The notes: generated by a model from the letters alone, not told the origin. A stretch of DNA of 64,000 bases from an uncultured virus (IMG/VR IMGVR_UViG_3300028897_000592) (IMGVR_UViG_3300028897_000592), one strand, 5' to 3'. Positions 28,945 to 39,099 are shown, counted from the stretch's first letter. Translations and numbers: made by a program.

Positions 28945-29133
28945 CTACATAAGGTTAAACCATAGAAACAACAATACACCAGTTACTACAAACATATAAA
29001 AAGATATATGTATTACATATACAAAAAAGTTTTTTACTAAAGATTTAGAATTCTGAAAATCAGAACATTCCTTACAACATTTTTCGCACATAACTCGTAC
29101 GACACATTGTTTACACGGATTTCTTATTACCAT
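28945..29133 (-). CDS. PCxxC-family small membrane protein (paralog 3)
   Basis: MVIRNPCKQCVVRVMCEKCC plus a C-terminal TM helix. Confidence 0.7.
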   Translation of the reverse strand: MVIRNPCKQCVVRVMCEKCCKECSDFQNSKSLVKNFFVYVIHISFYMFVVTGVLLFLWFNLM

Positions 29134-29187
29134 TTTCTCTAACCAAATTAGAACTTATCATTCTCAAGTTAACCTTCTACAATTACA

Positions 29188-29439
29188 TTAATAAATTATA
29201 ACGATTCCAAGTAGGGCCAAAATATAAGCAGCAGCCACAGAATACCAAATCAAATCTACTATGTAAAAACTTCTAGTAAACTTTACTAACTTTCTAACCA
29301 TGTTAACATTAAACTTAGCGATTCTCCTTACTGCTTCCTTTCTTCTTAACAGTTCCTTCTCATACAAAACATAATCAGAACATTGTTTCGAACAATTAAC
29401 TCGAACTATACATCTTCTACATGGATTTCTTATTACCAT
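29188..29439 (-). CDS. PCxxC-family small membrane protein (paralog 2)
   Basis: MVIRNPCRRCIVRVNCSKQC plus a C-terminal TM helix. Confidence 0.7.
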   Translation of the reverse strand: MVIRNPCRRCIVRVNCSKQCSDYVLYEKELLRRKEAVRRIAKFNVNMVRKLVKFTRSFYIVDLIWYSVAAAYILALLGIVIIY

Positions 29440-29738
29440 TTTTCTTTAACCGTCGAATATAAATACGGTGCAACCACAAAAGACAAGAATATAATAAATA
29501 AATTATAACTTGTTGGTAAAACATGTCCACATATATATAATATCACAAAATAAATTAAACAACAAGCCGACACATAAACAACAGCTAAGTAAATTACTCT
29601 AAACAAACACTTGAATGTATGTTTTATATATATCCATAAATTAGCATGTTCAAAAAAAGGAGTACATCCTTTTGTACATGTCACTCTTACAATACATTTC
29701 TTACAAGGACTCCTTAACCTCAATTTCTCCCTCCACAT
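29433..29738 (-). CDS. PCxxC-family small membrane protein (paralog 1)
   Basis: RSPCKKCIVRVTCTKGC plus two TM helices. Confidence 0.7.
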   Translation of the reverse strand: MWREKLRLRSPCKKCIVRVTCTKGCTPFFEHANLWIYIKHTFKCLFRVIYLAVVYVSACCLIYFVILYICGHVLPTSYNLFIIFLSFVVAPYLYSTVKEKW

Positions 29739-29767
29739 AAAATTTACAATCTTACCTTCTCGTTTAT

Positions 29768-29781
29768 TAATATATATAGAT
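29768..29781 (-). promoter_or_regulatory. putative promoter ATCTATATATATTA
   Basis: Identical 14-mer at 59082..59095. Confidence 0.55.
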
Positions 29782-29817
29782 CAAAAAACTTTATAAGAAA
29801 GAATCTAAGAAAGGACT

Positions 29818-30333
29818 TTAAGAATTGACTGCTTTATTTATTCTAGAGGCTAAAGTAGACCACCATCGTAACCAGTCATTTTGGGCAGGACATTTATAAT
29901 ACAAAGAAGAAGCACATACAAACCTTGGTCTTTCCTGAGTTCCAATATCATAACCACATCTCGTAAACTTATCTAAGTTTAACTTTTTTACAATATCGTT
30001 CATTTTTTTCTTATTCTCAAGTTCCGGCGAAACTCTGAACGCCACATAAGTAAGCCACTCACTATTATGTCCTTCACAACTTCCTCTAATCTCTACATTT
30101 GGAATATTATTCAAATCTTCTAACCATTTATTTTTTAAATGGATGTCAACTGAAATTCCTCTCCAAGGTTTTTCTGCAGTATAAAAATCTGGTCGTCCTC
30201 TCCTCCAACCAGGAAATTTCTTACCTTTCACTAATTCCCAAGCAAATGTAGGAGACGGTTTCTTCTTCACTCCACCTTTCCCAAGTTCATGTTGTCCTTG
30301 AATATAATTCAGATACTCGCCAATTGTTATCAT
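29818..30333 (-). CDS. hypothetical protein with an SCEGH motif
   Basis: LNNIPNVEIRGSCEGH; AGGAG RBS. Confidence 0.65.
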   Translation of the reverse strand: MITIGEYLNYIQGQHELGKGGVKKKPSPTFAWELVKGKKFPGWRRGRPDFYTAEKPWRGISVDIHLKNKWLEDLNNIPNVEIRGSCEGHNSEWLTYVAFRVSPELENKKKMNDIVKKLNLDKFTRCGYDIGTQERPRFVCASSLYYKCPAQNDWLRWWSTLASRINKAVNS

Positions 30334-30344
30334 TTAAAATCTCC

Positions 30345-30863
30345 TTATTTTATCACAAACCTTCTAGTCATTGCAATTACTACTTCTTTATCAACAAAGT
30401 CACCTGGACAAGTTAAATCTTTATTCTTTGAAACTTCTCTATGAAATAAAATTCTAGACGGAGGTATTCCAAACATTTTTAACATAGGATTAAGAATCTT
30501 GTAAGCTAATATTTCATAACATCGTCTTTCTGGGATCTTAAAATCATAAGATCCAAGTAAAGCCACATGCATTGCTCTGTTACTAATATTAACGTCGATA
30601 TCATCCCAGTCACATAAGTAAACAAAGGGTCTAGTTAAAATTGCTATATAATCTTCTTTAACTTTCTCAACTATGTAATGGTAGTTTACATCTGGAGTTT
30701 TCTGTTCTAGTACTCCGTTAAAAATAAATGGAAGTTGATATTTCTGATTATCTATTCTAGCTTCTGGTTGTGGATAAAGCTCGACGGTATGATGGAGAAT
30801 GATATATTTAACACTCTGACGTCTAATCGTTAATAACGATGGTTTTAAAGGTATCTTCATCAA
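30345..30863 (-). CDS. N-acetylmuramoyl-L-alanine amidase-like (Amidase_2/PGRP fold)
   Basis: YIILHHT, YHYIV, FHREV...TCPG motifs. Confidence 0.75.
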   Translation of the reverse strand: MMKIPLKPSLLTIRRQSVKYIILHHTVELYPQPEARIDNQKYQLPFIFNGVLEQKTPDVNYHYIVEKVKEDYIAILTRPFVYLCDWDDIDVNISNRAMHVALLGSYDFKIPERRCYEILAYKILNPMLKMFGIPPSRILFHREVSKNKDLTCPGDFVDKEVVIAMTRRFVIK

Positions 30864-30873
30864 AAAACCTCCA

Positions 30874-31611
30874 TTAACTTAAAAGACTTGAAGTATGACT
30901 TATCAATGCGTTCTTTATTCCAGTCATCCTTCCATCAAAATTTTCCTCAGATGTAATTTTACCCTTAGCTAGGTTAATTATTTCTGTAGGGTCAGTAGAC
31001 AAACCTTTAGCGTACTTAGCTGAGTCCACTGCTTTCCTTAAACCTGAATCCTCATCTAAAATAGAGTTATCAAGACCAGCTATAGTTGAGTACATCGCAT
31101 CTCCACAAGCAGCTACAATCCCAATAACTAAGGCTACAGCTCGTCCAATATCACTTTGTAAAACATTCATCATTACCCAATCAGCCGCTAAAGAACTAAT
31201 GTCATCTATTTTACTATTTATAAGAGTTTGTAAGTTATTTAAAGCAGTTACCATATCTGCACAACTAAGAGGATGAACAGCTTCAAGCCATGAATTAATT
31301 TCACTATCAAAAGGATCAAAATAACTTCCAGAAGAAATTGCCGTAACTGCATCCATATCTTTTGTAAAAGTTTCCGCTGTCTCAACTGGAAGAACAGCTG
31401 TAGCACATTGTTTTAAATAAGTTAAATACATTCCGCCCATTCTCTCACTAACTGACGAAACTGCGTCATTTTTAATATCTGCAAGAGAATCTTCTACAGC
31501 GTCTAAAGCATCAACAAAAGTAGTTTCCCCAGTACACGATGCATAAGTAATTCTAAGTTGGTCCAACTTCCCTTGAGTTTGAATATATCTTCCTTCCACA
31601 TCTAAAGACAT
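30874..31611 (-). CDS. putative virion/tail-associated helical protein
   Basis: Ala/Asp-rich ORF directly after the PAAR gene. Confidence 0.45.
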   Translation of the reverse strand: MSLDVEGRYIQTQGKLDQLRITYASCTGETTFVDALDAVEDSLADIKNDAVSSVSERMGGMYLTYLKQCATAVLPVETAETFTKDMDAVTAISSGSYFDPFDSEINSWLEAVHPLSCADMVTALNNLQTLINSKIDDISSLAADWVMMNVLQSDIGRAVALVIGIVAACGDAMYSTIAGLDNSILDEDSGLRKAVDSAKYAKGLSTDPTEIINLAKGKITSEENFDGRMTGIKNALISHTSSLLS

Positions 31612-31615
31612 TCAC

Positions 31616-31921
31616 TTATCCTCCTGTAAAATCTGTTCCAGCACCAGTGACTAAACTTCCTGTAAAACAACCAACAAACTGGTCAGCAACTCTCGCTGTT
31701 CCCAGACCCTCAGAAATCTCAGTAGCTGAACCAGTAACCATAATACCCGTATGTCCACATCCGGCAAGTACTATACTAGTTATTCTAGAAACTTTACCTC
31801 CTTCTACTGTAATAGTCCCAGCACCCGTAACTATAACTCCCGACATTTCGATGCAAGGCGGATCAATGTGACAACAACAAATTCCAACTCCTACATCAGC
31901 AACTCTCGACGTTTGTGGCAT
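31616..31921 (-). CDS. PAAR-like spike tip protein
   Basis: SRVAD...GKVSRI...CGH...GTARVAD repeats; near the gp5-like gene. Confidence 0.8.
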   Translation of the reverse strand: MPQTSRVADVGVGICCCHIDPPCIEMSGVIVTGAGTITVEGGKVSRITSIVLAGCGHTGIMVTGSATEISEGLGTARVADQFVGCFTGSLVTGAGTDFTGG

Positions 31922-31924
31922 AAA

Positions 31925-32155
31925 TTAAAATTCCCTATCTTTCCATCCCCATCTGTTTCTATTTCTAAATCTTCTTCCAAACCCCATTCCACGACCTAGT
32001 CCTCTACCCATCATTCCAAGTCCCCTACCTATTCCCCTACCAAATCTTCCAAGAGAATCTTTATCAAACATTTCCTTAGGAATAGCACAAAAACCTCTGC
32101 CCCATCCGGACATTGGTCCATTACCTCTAGGACCAGTACCATCAAATCCAGGCAT
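31925..32155 (-). CDS. DUF5320 family Gly/Arg-rich protein
   Basis: MPGFDGTGPRGNGPMSGWGRGFC followed by GRG repeats; start corrected to MPGFDG. Confidence 0.8.
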   Translation of the reverse strand: MPGFDGTGPRGNGPMSGWGRGFCAIPKEMFDKDSLGRFGRGIGRGLGMMGRGLGRGMGFGRRFRNRNRWGWKDREF

Positions 32156-32157
32156 GA

Positions 32158-32289
32158 TTATTCTCCCCTTCGAAATAAGTTTATAAATTTTTGCCATGCA
32201 CTAATTACTACTTTCTTACAATATTGGTCTACATAATCTGGTAAAAAACATGCGACCAAAAACCCTATTGCAAACCATATAATTGACAT
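32158..32289 (-). CDS. small membrane protein, 43 aa (not in ORF track)
   Basis: AAGGAGG RBS; MSIIWFAIGFLVACFLPDYV... Confidence 0.6.
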   Translation of the reverse strand: MSIIWFAIGFLVACFLPDYVDQYCKKVVISAWQKFINLFRRGE

Positions 32290-32316
32290 ATTAAGCACCT
32301 CCTTTATCTTTTATCA

Positions 32317-33255
32317 TTATGTATCCCTCTCACCTTTTGGGTTAGCATCAGTTGCTGGATTAGCAGATCCAGCCCCAGTGGCTTTACCAGACTGGTCATA
32401 TCTCATAGTACCATCAGTGTTAATATTTCCACCCGCTTTAATATTTGTATTAGTTTCACTCTCCAAATTGGAGTTAGCACCTGATTTTACGTTTATATCA
32501 GTAGCACTTTCTGTATTTAAAGTTGCACCAGACTTAACATGCATATCCTGTTCACTTTCAATAAACGTTTTCTCTTTCGACTTAATATTTATATCTTTTT
32601 CAGCTAAAAGAAGAAAAGAACCCTTTGTTTTAATCTGAATATCAGACTCAAAATACGTTTGTAATTCTTGTTCGTCTACATCAATATGAAAAAAGTCACC
32701 CTTATGAGTTCTAATGAGTATTTTTTCTTTCCCTTCTCTTTCATCAAATAGTATAGTAGTCTGATTGCCATCAATTTGATAAACAGAACCAGTATCACCT
32801 GATGGAGGTTCTTTTATCAAACGTTTTTTACCAGTTATTTCTACTCGTTCATCATCTGGATCATCAGATACTACTATACACCTTCCACCATGCGATTTAA
32901 AAATAGTCCACTTATCTTCATAGTTACTTCCTTGTTGATTTTCAGGAAGAACTTTTGTATTCTCTAAATCTAAAGCCCCAAAATAGTATGGTCTATTTAT
33001 ATTTCCACACTCAAAGAAAACAAAAACCCATGAACCTATTTTTGGGATAAAACTACTTCCAGTATAGTAATTTCCATCATCTCCTTCTAAATTTCTACCA
33101 CCCATCGGGTTGTTCGCAGGTCTTGCCCAAACTCCTTTTGTGTCGTCAACTAATGGCATAAAATCTGGCACCCAGACTTTAACTCTTCCAAATTGTTCAA
33201 CATCTCGATTATCTATCACTTTTGCTCGATACATCCCGAAGAGTGGTTTATCCAT
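32317..33255 (-). CDS. baseplate hub/spike protein (gp5/VgrG OB-fold plus beta-helix repeats)
   Basis: YRAKVIDNRD..FGRVKVWVP, PKIGSWVFVFFE.G....PYYFG; C-terminal beta-helix repeats; probable start MDKPLF. Confidence 0.85.
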   Translation of the reverse strand: MDKPLFGMYRAKVIDNRDVEQFGRVKVWVPDFMPLVDDTKGVWARPANNPMGGRNLEGDDGNYYTGSSFIPKIGSWVFVFFECGNINRPYYFGALDLENTKVLPENQQGSNYEDKWTIFKSHGGRCIVVSDDPDDERVEITGKKRLIKEPPSGDTGSVYQIDGNQTTILFDEREGKEKILIRTHKGDFFHIDVDEQELQTYFESDIQIKTKGSFLLLAEKDINIKSKEKTFIESEQDMHVKSGATLNTESATDINVKSGANSNLESETNTNIKAGGNINTDGTMRYDQSGKATGAGSANPATDANPKGERDT

Positions 33256-34132
33256 AACTAATACCTCTACATAACTCATCTAGAGTAATAGAACAGTTAC
33301 ATTTCTTTGATAAGTTCTCATTTTTTGGCAAAACTTCTAGATTTTTCCAATGAGAAATAACTTTTGGATCTATTCCTTCCTCAAATCCTCTATATACTGA
33401 AAATTTGTGATCTAGATGAAACTCTGGGCTTCTTAATTCAATTCTACATATCTTTTCTGGACATAATCTTACTGTACGATTAGTTAGTCTAACTACTTCG
33501 CCTTTATAGTTATCAAAAGCAGTTCTAAAATTTAAGTCTTTCTTTGGATGTATAGAATAAAATACACTCTCTTGCTTGCACTTTTCAGAACAGAAAAAAT
33601 ACTGATTTCCATTATTCCTATGCTCTAAAGCATAAATCCTAAGTTCTAACTGTCTATCTGTTGGAGTAAACCAACCGTTTTTCTCCTTACTATTTATACA
33701 TCTACTATTTTTACAACGAACCTGAACCTCTTCATGTTTCTGTGGATTGTATCTCATTTCTTCTTCTGTACAAAATTTTGGATGATCTCGTTGTAACCAT
33801 TCAATTGTTCTTTTATGACTCAAGGATTTCCTTATTTCCTCATCTTTACACCTTTCTTTATGGATTTTACTTAACTTCTTCCGAAGTTCGTCGGTCAACT
33901 TTCTACCTTTATGAGTCATACTTATTCTGTTTCTAGTTACTTTAGACCTCTTTTTACCAGTATTTGCTAAACTAAGTTTAACTTTCATCTCTTCTGAAAT
34001 AACTTTCCCTTTGTTTCCAAATGAGTTCTTCTTCCTACTTGTTGGACAAGAATTCCAACTTCTACTACAACACCATTTGCCGTTCCTCAGTCGATATTTT
34101 GCTTCTTGTCCACAACCATACTCACAAAACAT
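33248..34132 (-). CDS. free-standing homing endonuclease (NUMOD3-type repeats plus C-terminal HNH)
   Basis: MFCEYGCGQEAKY, NUMOD3-like KLSLANTGKKRS repeats, HLDHKFS...NLEVLPKNENLSK. Confidence 0.75.
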   Translation of the reverse strand: MFCEYGCGQEAKYRLRNGKWCCSRSWNSCPTSRKKNSFGNKGKVISEEMKVKLSLANTGKKRSKVTRNRISMTHKGRKLTDELRKKLSKIHKERCKDEEIRKSLSHKRTIEWLQRDHPKFCTEEEMRYNPQKHEEVQVRCKNSRCINSKEKNGWFTPTDRQLELRIYALEHRNNGNQYFFCSEKCKQESVFYSIHPKKDLNFRTAFDNYKGEVVRLTNRTVRLCPEKICRIELRSPEFHLDHKFSVYRGFEEGIDPKVISHWKNLEVLPKNENLSKKCNCSITLDELCRGISYG

Positions 34133-34137
34133 GTATT

Positions 34138-35043
34138 CTATCCCCTTTTAAATATCACTTTTGAAATCTCTAATATATTATTAAATTCATCTTCATTATA
34201 TCTATAAATATTAGTAGGTACAATATTTGAACCCAAAATATTAGAAGTAGTCATAATCGCAATAAATCTAGGTAAATCTTCTAAACCAGGAAGAAAATTT
34301 ACAGTTAGTCTCTGTATTATCTTAGATGTAAACGAATGTTTACTTACTCCTGGCATAACTCGAAGATCAGATAGAGAAGAGATAAAATCGCCAATTTCTG
34401 AAAAATCATATTTCTTCAACTCATCTAAAACCTTTCGAAAATTAAAACCAGAAGCGCCTTCTGCTCGTCTGAAAAGACGTTCTCCTGACATACCAAAAAA
34501 CGAACCAAGAACATAACAATTTATTAAAAACTTCAATTTCGGGATCTCCGTAGCAAACGTTCCTATTAAACCATAGTCTTTTCCAAACAGTCTTATAAAA
34601 ACACTAGTTAAATAACTAGCAAAAATTGACGAATACCGTTCATTAACTCCACTTCTCCCAGTTACCAAATCTCTAAAACATATTCCATAAACTAAACATG
34701 CATACAAATTATAAGGACCTGGTTTTGTAGGTTCAATTGAACTTATTCCAAAAGTACTAAGATTAATAATCATCTCTTTCGTGGGAGAATTATAAGAAAC
34801 AGGAAGTAGATAAGATGGAAGATTTACGACCTTAATTATTTTTCTATCAATTGGACTAGAAATAAGACCAAAAATTCTTCTTTTAGTAAAGTGATTTATT
34901 CTTCGTTCTATCAAACGTAACATATGAAACATATCTTGAGGGCCATCTTCTACAGATACTTTTTTCAAAGTAGAAGATGATAGAGATAATGTATTATCAA
35001 CTCCCCTTAAAAGAGAGAACTTGTCCTTTATAATCATTACCAA
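34138..35043 (-). CDS. hypothetical protein (possibly structural)
   Basis: 301-aa ORF in the baseplate cluster. Confidence 0.6.
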   Translation of the reverse strand: MVMIIKDKFSLLRGVDNTLSLSSSTLKKVSVEDGPQDMFHMLRLIERRINHFTKRRIFGLISSPIDRKIIKVVNLPSYLLPVSYNSPTKEMIINLSTFGISSIEPTKPGPYNLYACLVYGICFRDLVTGRSGVNERYSSIFASYLTSVFIRLFGKDYGLIGTFATEIPKLKFLINCYVLGSFFGMSGERLFRRAEGASGFNFRKVLDELKKYDFSEIGDFISSLSDLRVMPGVSKHSFTSKIIQRLTVNFLPGLEDLPRFIAIMTTSNILGSNIVPTNIYRYNEDEFNNILEISKVIFKRG

Positions 35044-35429
35044 TCTACCTCTATTAAGTCCTCATTCTTCTTAACTGGAAACTTGTCCTTACAAATATCC
35101 ACAATTGTTTCAAATGTGGGAACAATAACTGTATCTAAATCAAAGTCTTCTACAGATGGAACGTTATTAACATACATCAAAAGTTGAGCTAGAGAAACAG
35201 TTCCATACTCATCGAACGATAAATAATCTGGTCTCATCAAATATTTTCGCTCAAAGGTTTTCTGAACTGAATCTCTTAATAAATAAAATATATTCTTCTC
35301 AATTGTCCACAAACTTGGAGATGGAAAAGTAAACAAACCACTCGTAGTTTTATATGTATCTGTCATAAAATCAATATCAATAGGTAAAATCGATCTTTGT
35401 CTACTCTCTTTATCTATAGTTATAGCCAT
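35037..35429 (-). CDS. baseplate wedge protein (gp53/LysM-like)
   Basis: RPDYLSFDEYGTVSLAQLLMYVN pattern. Confidence 0.7.
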   Translation of the reverse strand: MAITIDKESRQRSILPIDIDFMTDTYKTTSGLFTFPSPSLWTIEKNIFYLLRDSVQKTFERKYLMRPDYLSFDEYGTVSLAQLLMYVNNVPSVEDFDLDTVIVPTFETIVDICKDKFPVKKNEDLIEVDW

Positions 35430-35435
35430 TGTTTA

Positions 35436-36008
35436 CTACATCCCATGTACTTCTTTAAATATCCAAATAAAAATTAACGACCCAATAACAGCTAACAATA
35501 ACACACCTCCATATATAACTACACCTATTACTTGTGGTATTATATAAATTAAAGCAGCTACAATTAATGACATTATCGCTGCAGAAAATAATTCCTCTTC
35601 ATACTTCCTATAAAAGGGTTCTTTAATTTGAGATAGAGCTTTATTAATTTTTCCAACATCAACACCTCGTTTCTTAAGTATATCTCGTGCACTATAAATA
35701 TAAGCAATTACAACAGAACCCATTTCTTTCGCAGCTAGTGGAATATCAGCACTAAATTTCCTGCTCACATCTCTATAATTTTTACTAAACCCTTCAACTC
35801 TATCGCTTGCAATTCTCTTAATCTTACTAGATTTCATAGTTGGAATAAAAGACATAGATCTCATAATATTCTTAGTATTTTTCGTCTTGAGCGCTGAGTT
35901 AATATCTTTAAGTCTAGCAGGAGCTTTAAATTTATCCATAATATCACTAAAAGCTTCTGAAATATAAATATATTCTAGTTGCTCTTCTAAAAAAGTATTT
36001 TGGTTCAT
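35436..36008 (-). CDS. hypothetical membrane protein
   Basis: Two C-terminal hydrophobic helices. Confidence 0.6.
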   Translation of the reverse strand: MNQNTFLEEQLEYIYISEAFSDIMDKFKAPARLKDINSALKTKNTKNIMRSMSFIPTMKSSKIKRIASDRVEGFSKNYRDVSRKFSADIPLAAKEMGSVVIAYIYSARDILKKRGVDVGKINKALSQIKEPFYRKYEEELFSAAIMSLIVAALIYIIPQVIGVVIYGGVLLLAVIGSLIFIWIFKEVHGM

Positions 36009-36023
36009 CTACAATCTCCCCCC

Positions 36024-36623
36024 TTATTGTGAACTAACTGCTTGATAATTATCTCTAGTCCAAACACAATTACTTTCATTTACAGCTAATCTATAATTAA
36101 TTTTGTCAAGGTCTTCATCTTCTAGATACTTTGAGTATTCTCGAACGAAATACATATAGTCACCTCTTACAAAACTAATAGGAACAGTTAAATAACCATT
36201 ATGTAACTTCTCATGCATACTTTTTATTAAAGTTAAGTAACCTATTTTATTTGCAAAATGTAACTCAATAGTTTTTATAGCAATATCAAAAGTACAAAAA
36301 TCTTCTGTTTTTTCTATCTTCTGGTTAACTAACGCTTTTATCAAAGTATACAATGATGGGATATGATGATGAACTTCAATAGTTACTTCATCCATCTTCT
36401 CATCCGTTACCATACAAGTATTAATTCCAAGAACATCAATTATATAGTTTCTCCAATACTTATACTCCAAACTCCCTCTTACTACTTTTTCACAGTTCTT
36501 CAAAAACCTTTTATATTCAGTCTCATTCTCAAAATTTCTAATTCTCAATGAAAGTCGAAATGGATAATTATCACTATACAACTCCAAATTTTCAACGTTT
36601 GACTTAATTTCTTCTGTAGCCAT
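36024..36623 (-). CDS. HNH-like conserved jumbo-phage protein
   Basis: C...IEVHHHIP...LIKSMHEKLH. Confidence 0.5.
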   Translation of the reverse strand: MATEEIKSNVENLELYSDNYPFRLSLRIRNFENETEYKRFLKNCEKVVRGSLEYKYWRNYIIDVLGINTCMVTDEKMDEVTIEVHHHIPSLYTLIKALVNQKIEKTEDFCTFDIAIKTIELHFANKIGYLTLIKSMHEKLHNGYLTVPISFVRGDYMYFVREYSKYLEDEDLDKINYRLAVNESNCVWTRDNYQAVSSQ

Positions 36624-36636
36624 AATATCTTCCTTC

Positions 36637-38145
36637 TTAAATCTCCTTAATAACTGAGTTCAAAATAACTAAAGTTATCGGAATAAGTATATTAGAGGGT
36701 ACGTTAGATAATATCTTAGAGATTCTAGCGCAGGTAAACCTTCCTACGTCTGGTTTCAAATCTAAACCAGGAGTTACCATTGCTAATGTAAGTAAAATTA
36801 TCCGTTGATGCCCTAATATATCATCCGGAACTTCTCCCATTGAACGCATAGCAAGTACCACCTTTTTTAAATTCTCCTTAGTTTTCTTTTTAAAATCGTC
36901 AACTTTATAAGTAGAACTAAAAGAGATAATACTAGCTACCGGTTCAACTAACTTGTCAGGAATATTTACAGAATTCTTAACTACTTGTTTAGAAATATCG
37001 TAACTTACAATAAAATTGGGAGATATCCTTTTTAAGATACCAAAAACTCTACTAAAAGAAATAGAAGGAACCCCAGTTAAATCTTTAGTAGAAGATGGAA
37101 GAGAAAGGAAAACCTTCTTAATTTTATCACTTGTTAAAGACTTTAGAAAAGGAACTACCATTTGTTCTCTTACTCTATATTTCATTCTTTTAGAACAAGC
37201 AAAACATTCTGAAAAAAGTTTCCTCTTATTAAGTTTTATTCTAAAGAATGGACTCGCTGATCTAGAAACTTCTTCTAAGTCTTTGTAAACTTTCCCATGT
37301 TCCCCAACTAAAGAAGAATATATAAAACTATAATTAACTGATGTACATATTCCACCAAACTGTTCCATACAAAAAATTGCTTGTTTATTTGGTTCATCTG
37401 CTGCAACAAAAGAACCCCAACCAAGTTTTTGAAGTCTTAAGATATTTTTTGATTTATTAAAAAAATTTTCTTCTACTATATCTGCTAAATTAAGAAGAGT
37501 AATCACATTCGGACCGTATTTAGAAGATTTCCACAAAACATCTCGCATTGGATCACCAGATAGAGCTTTACTTCTAATAAAAGGAATCTTCAGAAATCTA
37601 GCAACTTGATAAAATCTTCTAATCACTTTTCTGTCTAGTTTTATAAGCATTCTATTAAGAATCTTCCTATTAACATCCTTCGTTATTAAAGAAGCTAATG
37701 ATTCATCTGACTTAACAGGAAAAGCGATTACTTTTATTCCTAATAGTTGAACACCTTCTGAAGGAGTCTGATATTGCACCCAAGTAGGTTCAATTGCTAA
37801 ACTATGTGCTGATGGAAGTTCCATTACTTTCACACCCCTAGCCTTTCCTTTTTCTTCTTCTTCATCTTCCTTTCCCTTCTTACCTTTCGTTCCTGGTCCT
37901 TTATGAATATATGGAAGAGGTGTTTTCGGTTTCTCAGGTCTCACAACTTGTTCTTTCTTTACGCTCCACATTCCAATTAGTTTATTACCGATTGCTTTTA
38001 AATCTAACTCACGAGTATCTCTTATTTGACGTAGAAGCTGGTCCATACTATAAATAACTATAAACTTCTCAATAACTTTGGAAATTCCGGGGATAACATT
38101 CGGAGAAACACCTCTTGACGTCAACATTGGATAAACTACTATCAT
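36637..38145 (-). CDS. hypothetical protein (possibly virion)
   Basis: 502-aa ORF. Confidence 0.6.
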   Translation of the reverse strand: MIVVYPMLTSRGVSPNVIPGISKVIEKFIVIYSMDQLLRQIRDTRELDLKAIGNKLIGMWSVKKEQVVRPEKPKTPLPYIHKGPGTKGKKGKEDEEEEKGKARGVKVMELPSAHSLAIEPTWVQYQTPSEGVQLLGIKVIAFPVKSDESLASLITKDVNRKILNRMLIKLDRKVIRRFYQVARFLKIPFIRSKALSGDPMRDVLWKSSKYGPNVITLLNLADIVEENFFNKSKNILRLQKLGWGSFVAADEPNKQAIFCMEQFGGICTSVNYSFIYSSLVGEHGKVYKDLEEVSRSASPFFRIKLNKRKLFSECFACSKRMKYRVREQMVVPFLKSLTSDKIKKVFLSLPSSTKDLTGVPSISFSRVFGILKRISPNFIVSYDISKQVVKNSVNIPDKLVEPVASIISFSSTYKVDDFKKKTKENLKKVVLAMRSMGEVPDDILGHQRIILLTLAMVTPGLDLKPDVGRFTCARISKILSNVPSNILIPITLVILNSVIKEI

Positions 38146-38160
38146 CTTATTTTTAACTCC

Positions 38161-39099
38161 TTATGAAAGTAAGAAAACTGACTTTCCGTTTTTTTCACCA
38201 TTTTTACTCTTTTTAAACGGCTGAATAGTCTCACACTTATCTCTCTCACAAAACTTTTTATAAAGACAATATCTACAACTCTCTTCTGTTGCTCCAACTG
38301 GTTCTGGAACATGTTTTGAAACTAAAGAAGATTGTAAAACCGACGCTCTCTTTAAAAAAGAAACAGCTAATTCGTCGTTCATAGGAAGATCAAAAGGTAT
38401 GACATTTTTGAGGTTTCTTGGAAAGTATAAAATTGTTATCGTCTTTATATTGTAGTTATATTCAGTATTCAAAATCCTAGCATATATTATCCCCTGATAA
38501 TAATGATCTTTATTATAAGTCCCTCCTGGAAGTTTTTCTAAAGTCTTTATCTCATAAAGGAACTCACTTTTTATCGCATCAACTCTTCCTTTTACTTTAA
38601 ACTTCTCACTTACTACAGTTTTCTCAGTTTCTGCAAAATCATATAAATCTTGTACTACTGAATGTACTTCATTACCAACTCTTCGTATTAAATATAAGTA
38701 TGCAAATGAAAACTGTACTTTAACGTCAACCGGATATCTCTGCCGACTATAATAATTACTTCTAAGACATGTAATTAGTTCACCAACAGAAATATAGGGT
38801 CTTTCATAACTTTGCGTTTTCTTATACTCATCAATAAGTCTAGTTCGCATTAAAGACTCAAACTTCGTAATATCAAAACCAAGTGACCTACCCTTCATAC
38901 TAACATCCTGAGGAACGTCAGCATGAATATCTTTTGACTCCTCTATTAACTGTTTAGTCTTAATAGAAATATCAAGTTTCTTAGTATCTCCTTTAGGTTT
39001 GGTTTTAGATTTTGGTTTGGGAGATATTAAACCTACATCTCTCTTATCTTCATTTTCTAAAAATCGAAGCAGCTCTGCATATTCATTACTTGTTCTCAT
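38161..39099 (-). CDS. Cas4-like PD-(D/E)XK exonuclease with Fe-S cysteines
   Basis: TCLRSNYY, GNEVH, GRVDAI, YEIKT, QGIIYA, CRYCLYKKFC. Confidence 0.85.
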   Translation of the reverse strand: MRTSNEYAELLRFLENEDKRDVGLISPKPKSKTKPKGDTKKLDISIKTKQLIEESKDIHADVPQDVSMKGRSLGFDITKFESLMRTRLIDEYKKTQSYERPYISVGELITCLRSNYYSRQRYPVDVKVQFSFAYLYLIRRVGNEVHSVVQDLYDFAETEKTVVSEKFKVKGRVDAIKSEFLYEIKTLEKLPGGTYNKDHYYQGIIYARILNTEYNYNIKTITILYFPRNLKNVIPFDLPMNDELAVSFLKRASVLQSSLVSKHVPEPVGATEESCRYCLYKKFCERDKCETIQPFKKSKNGEKNGKSVFLLS

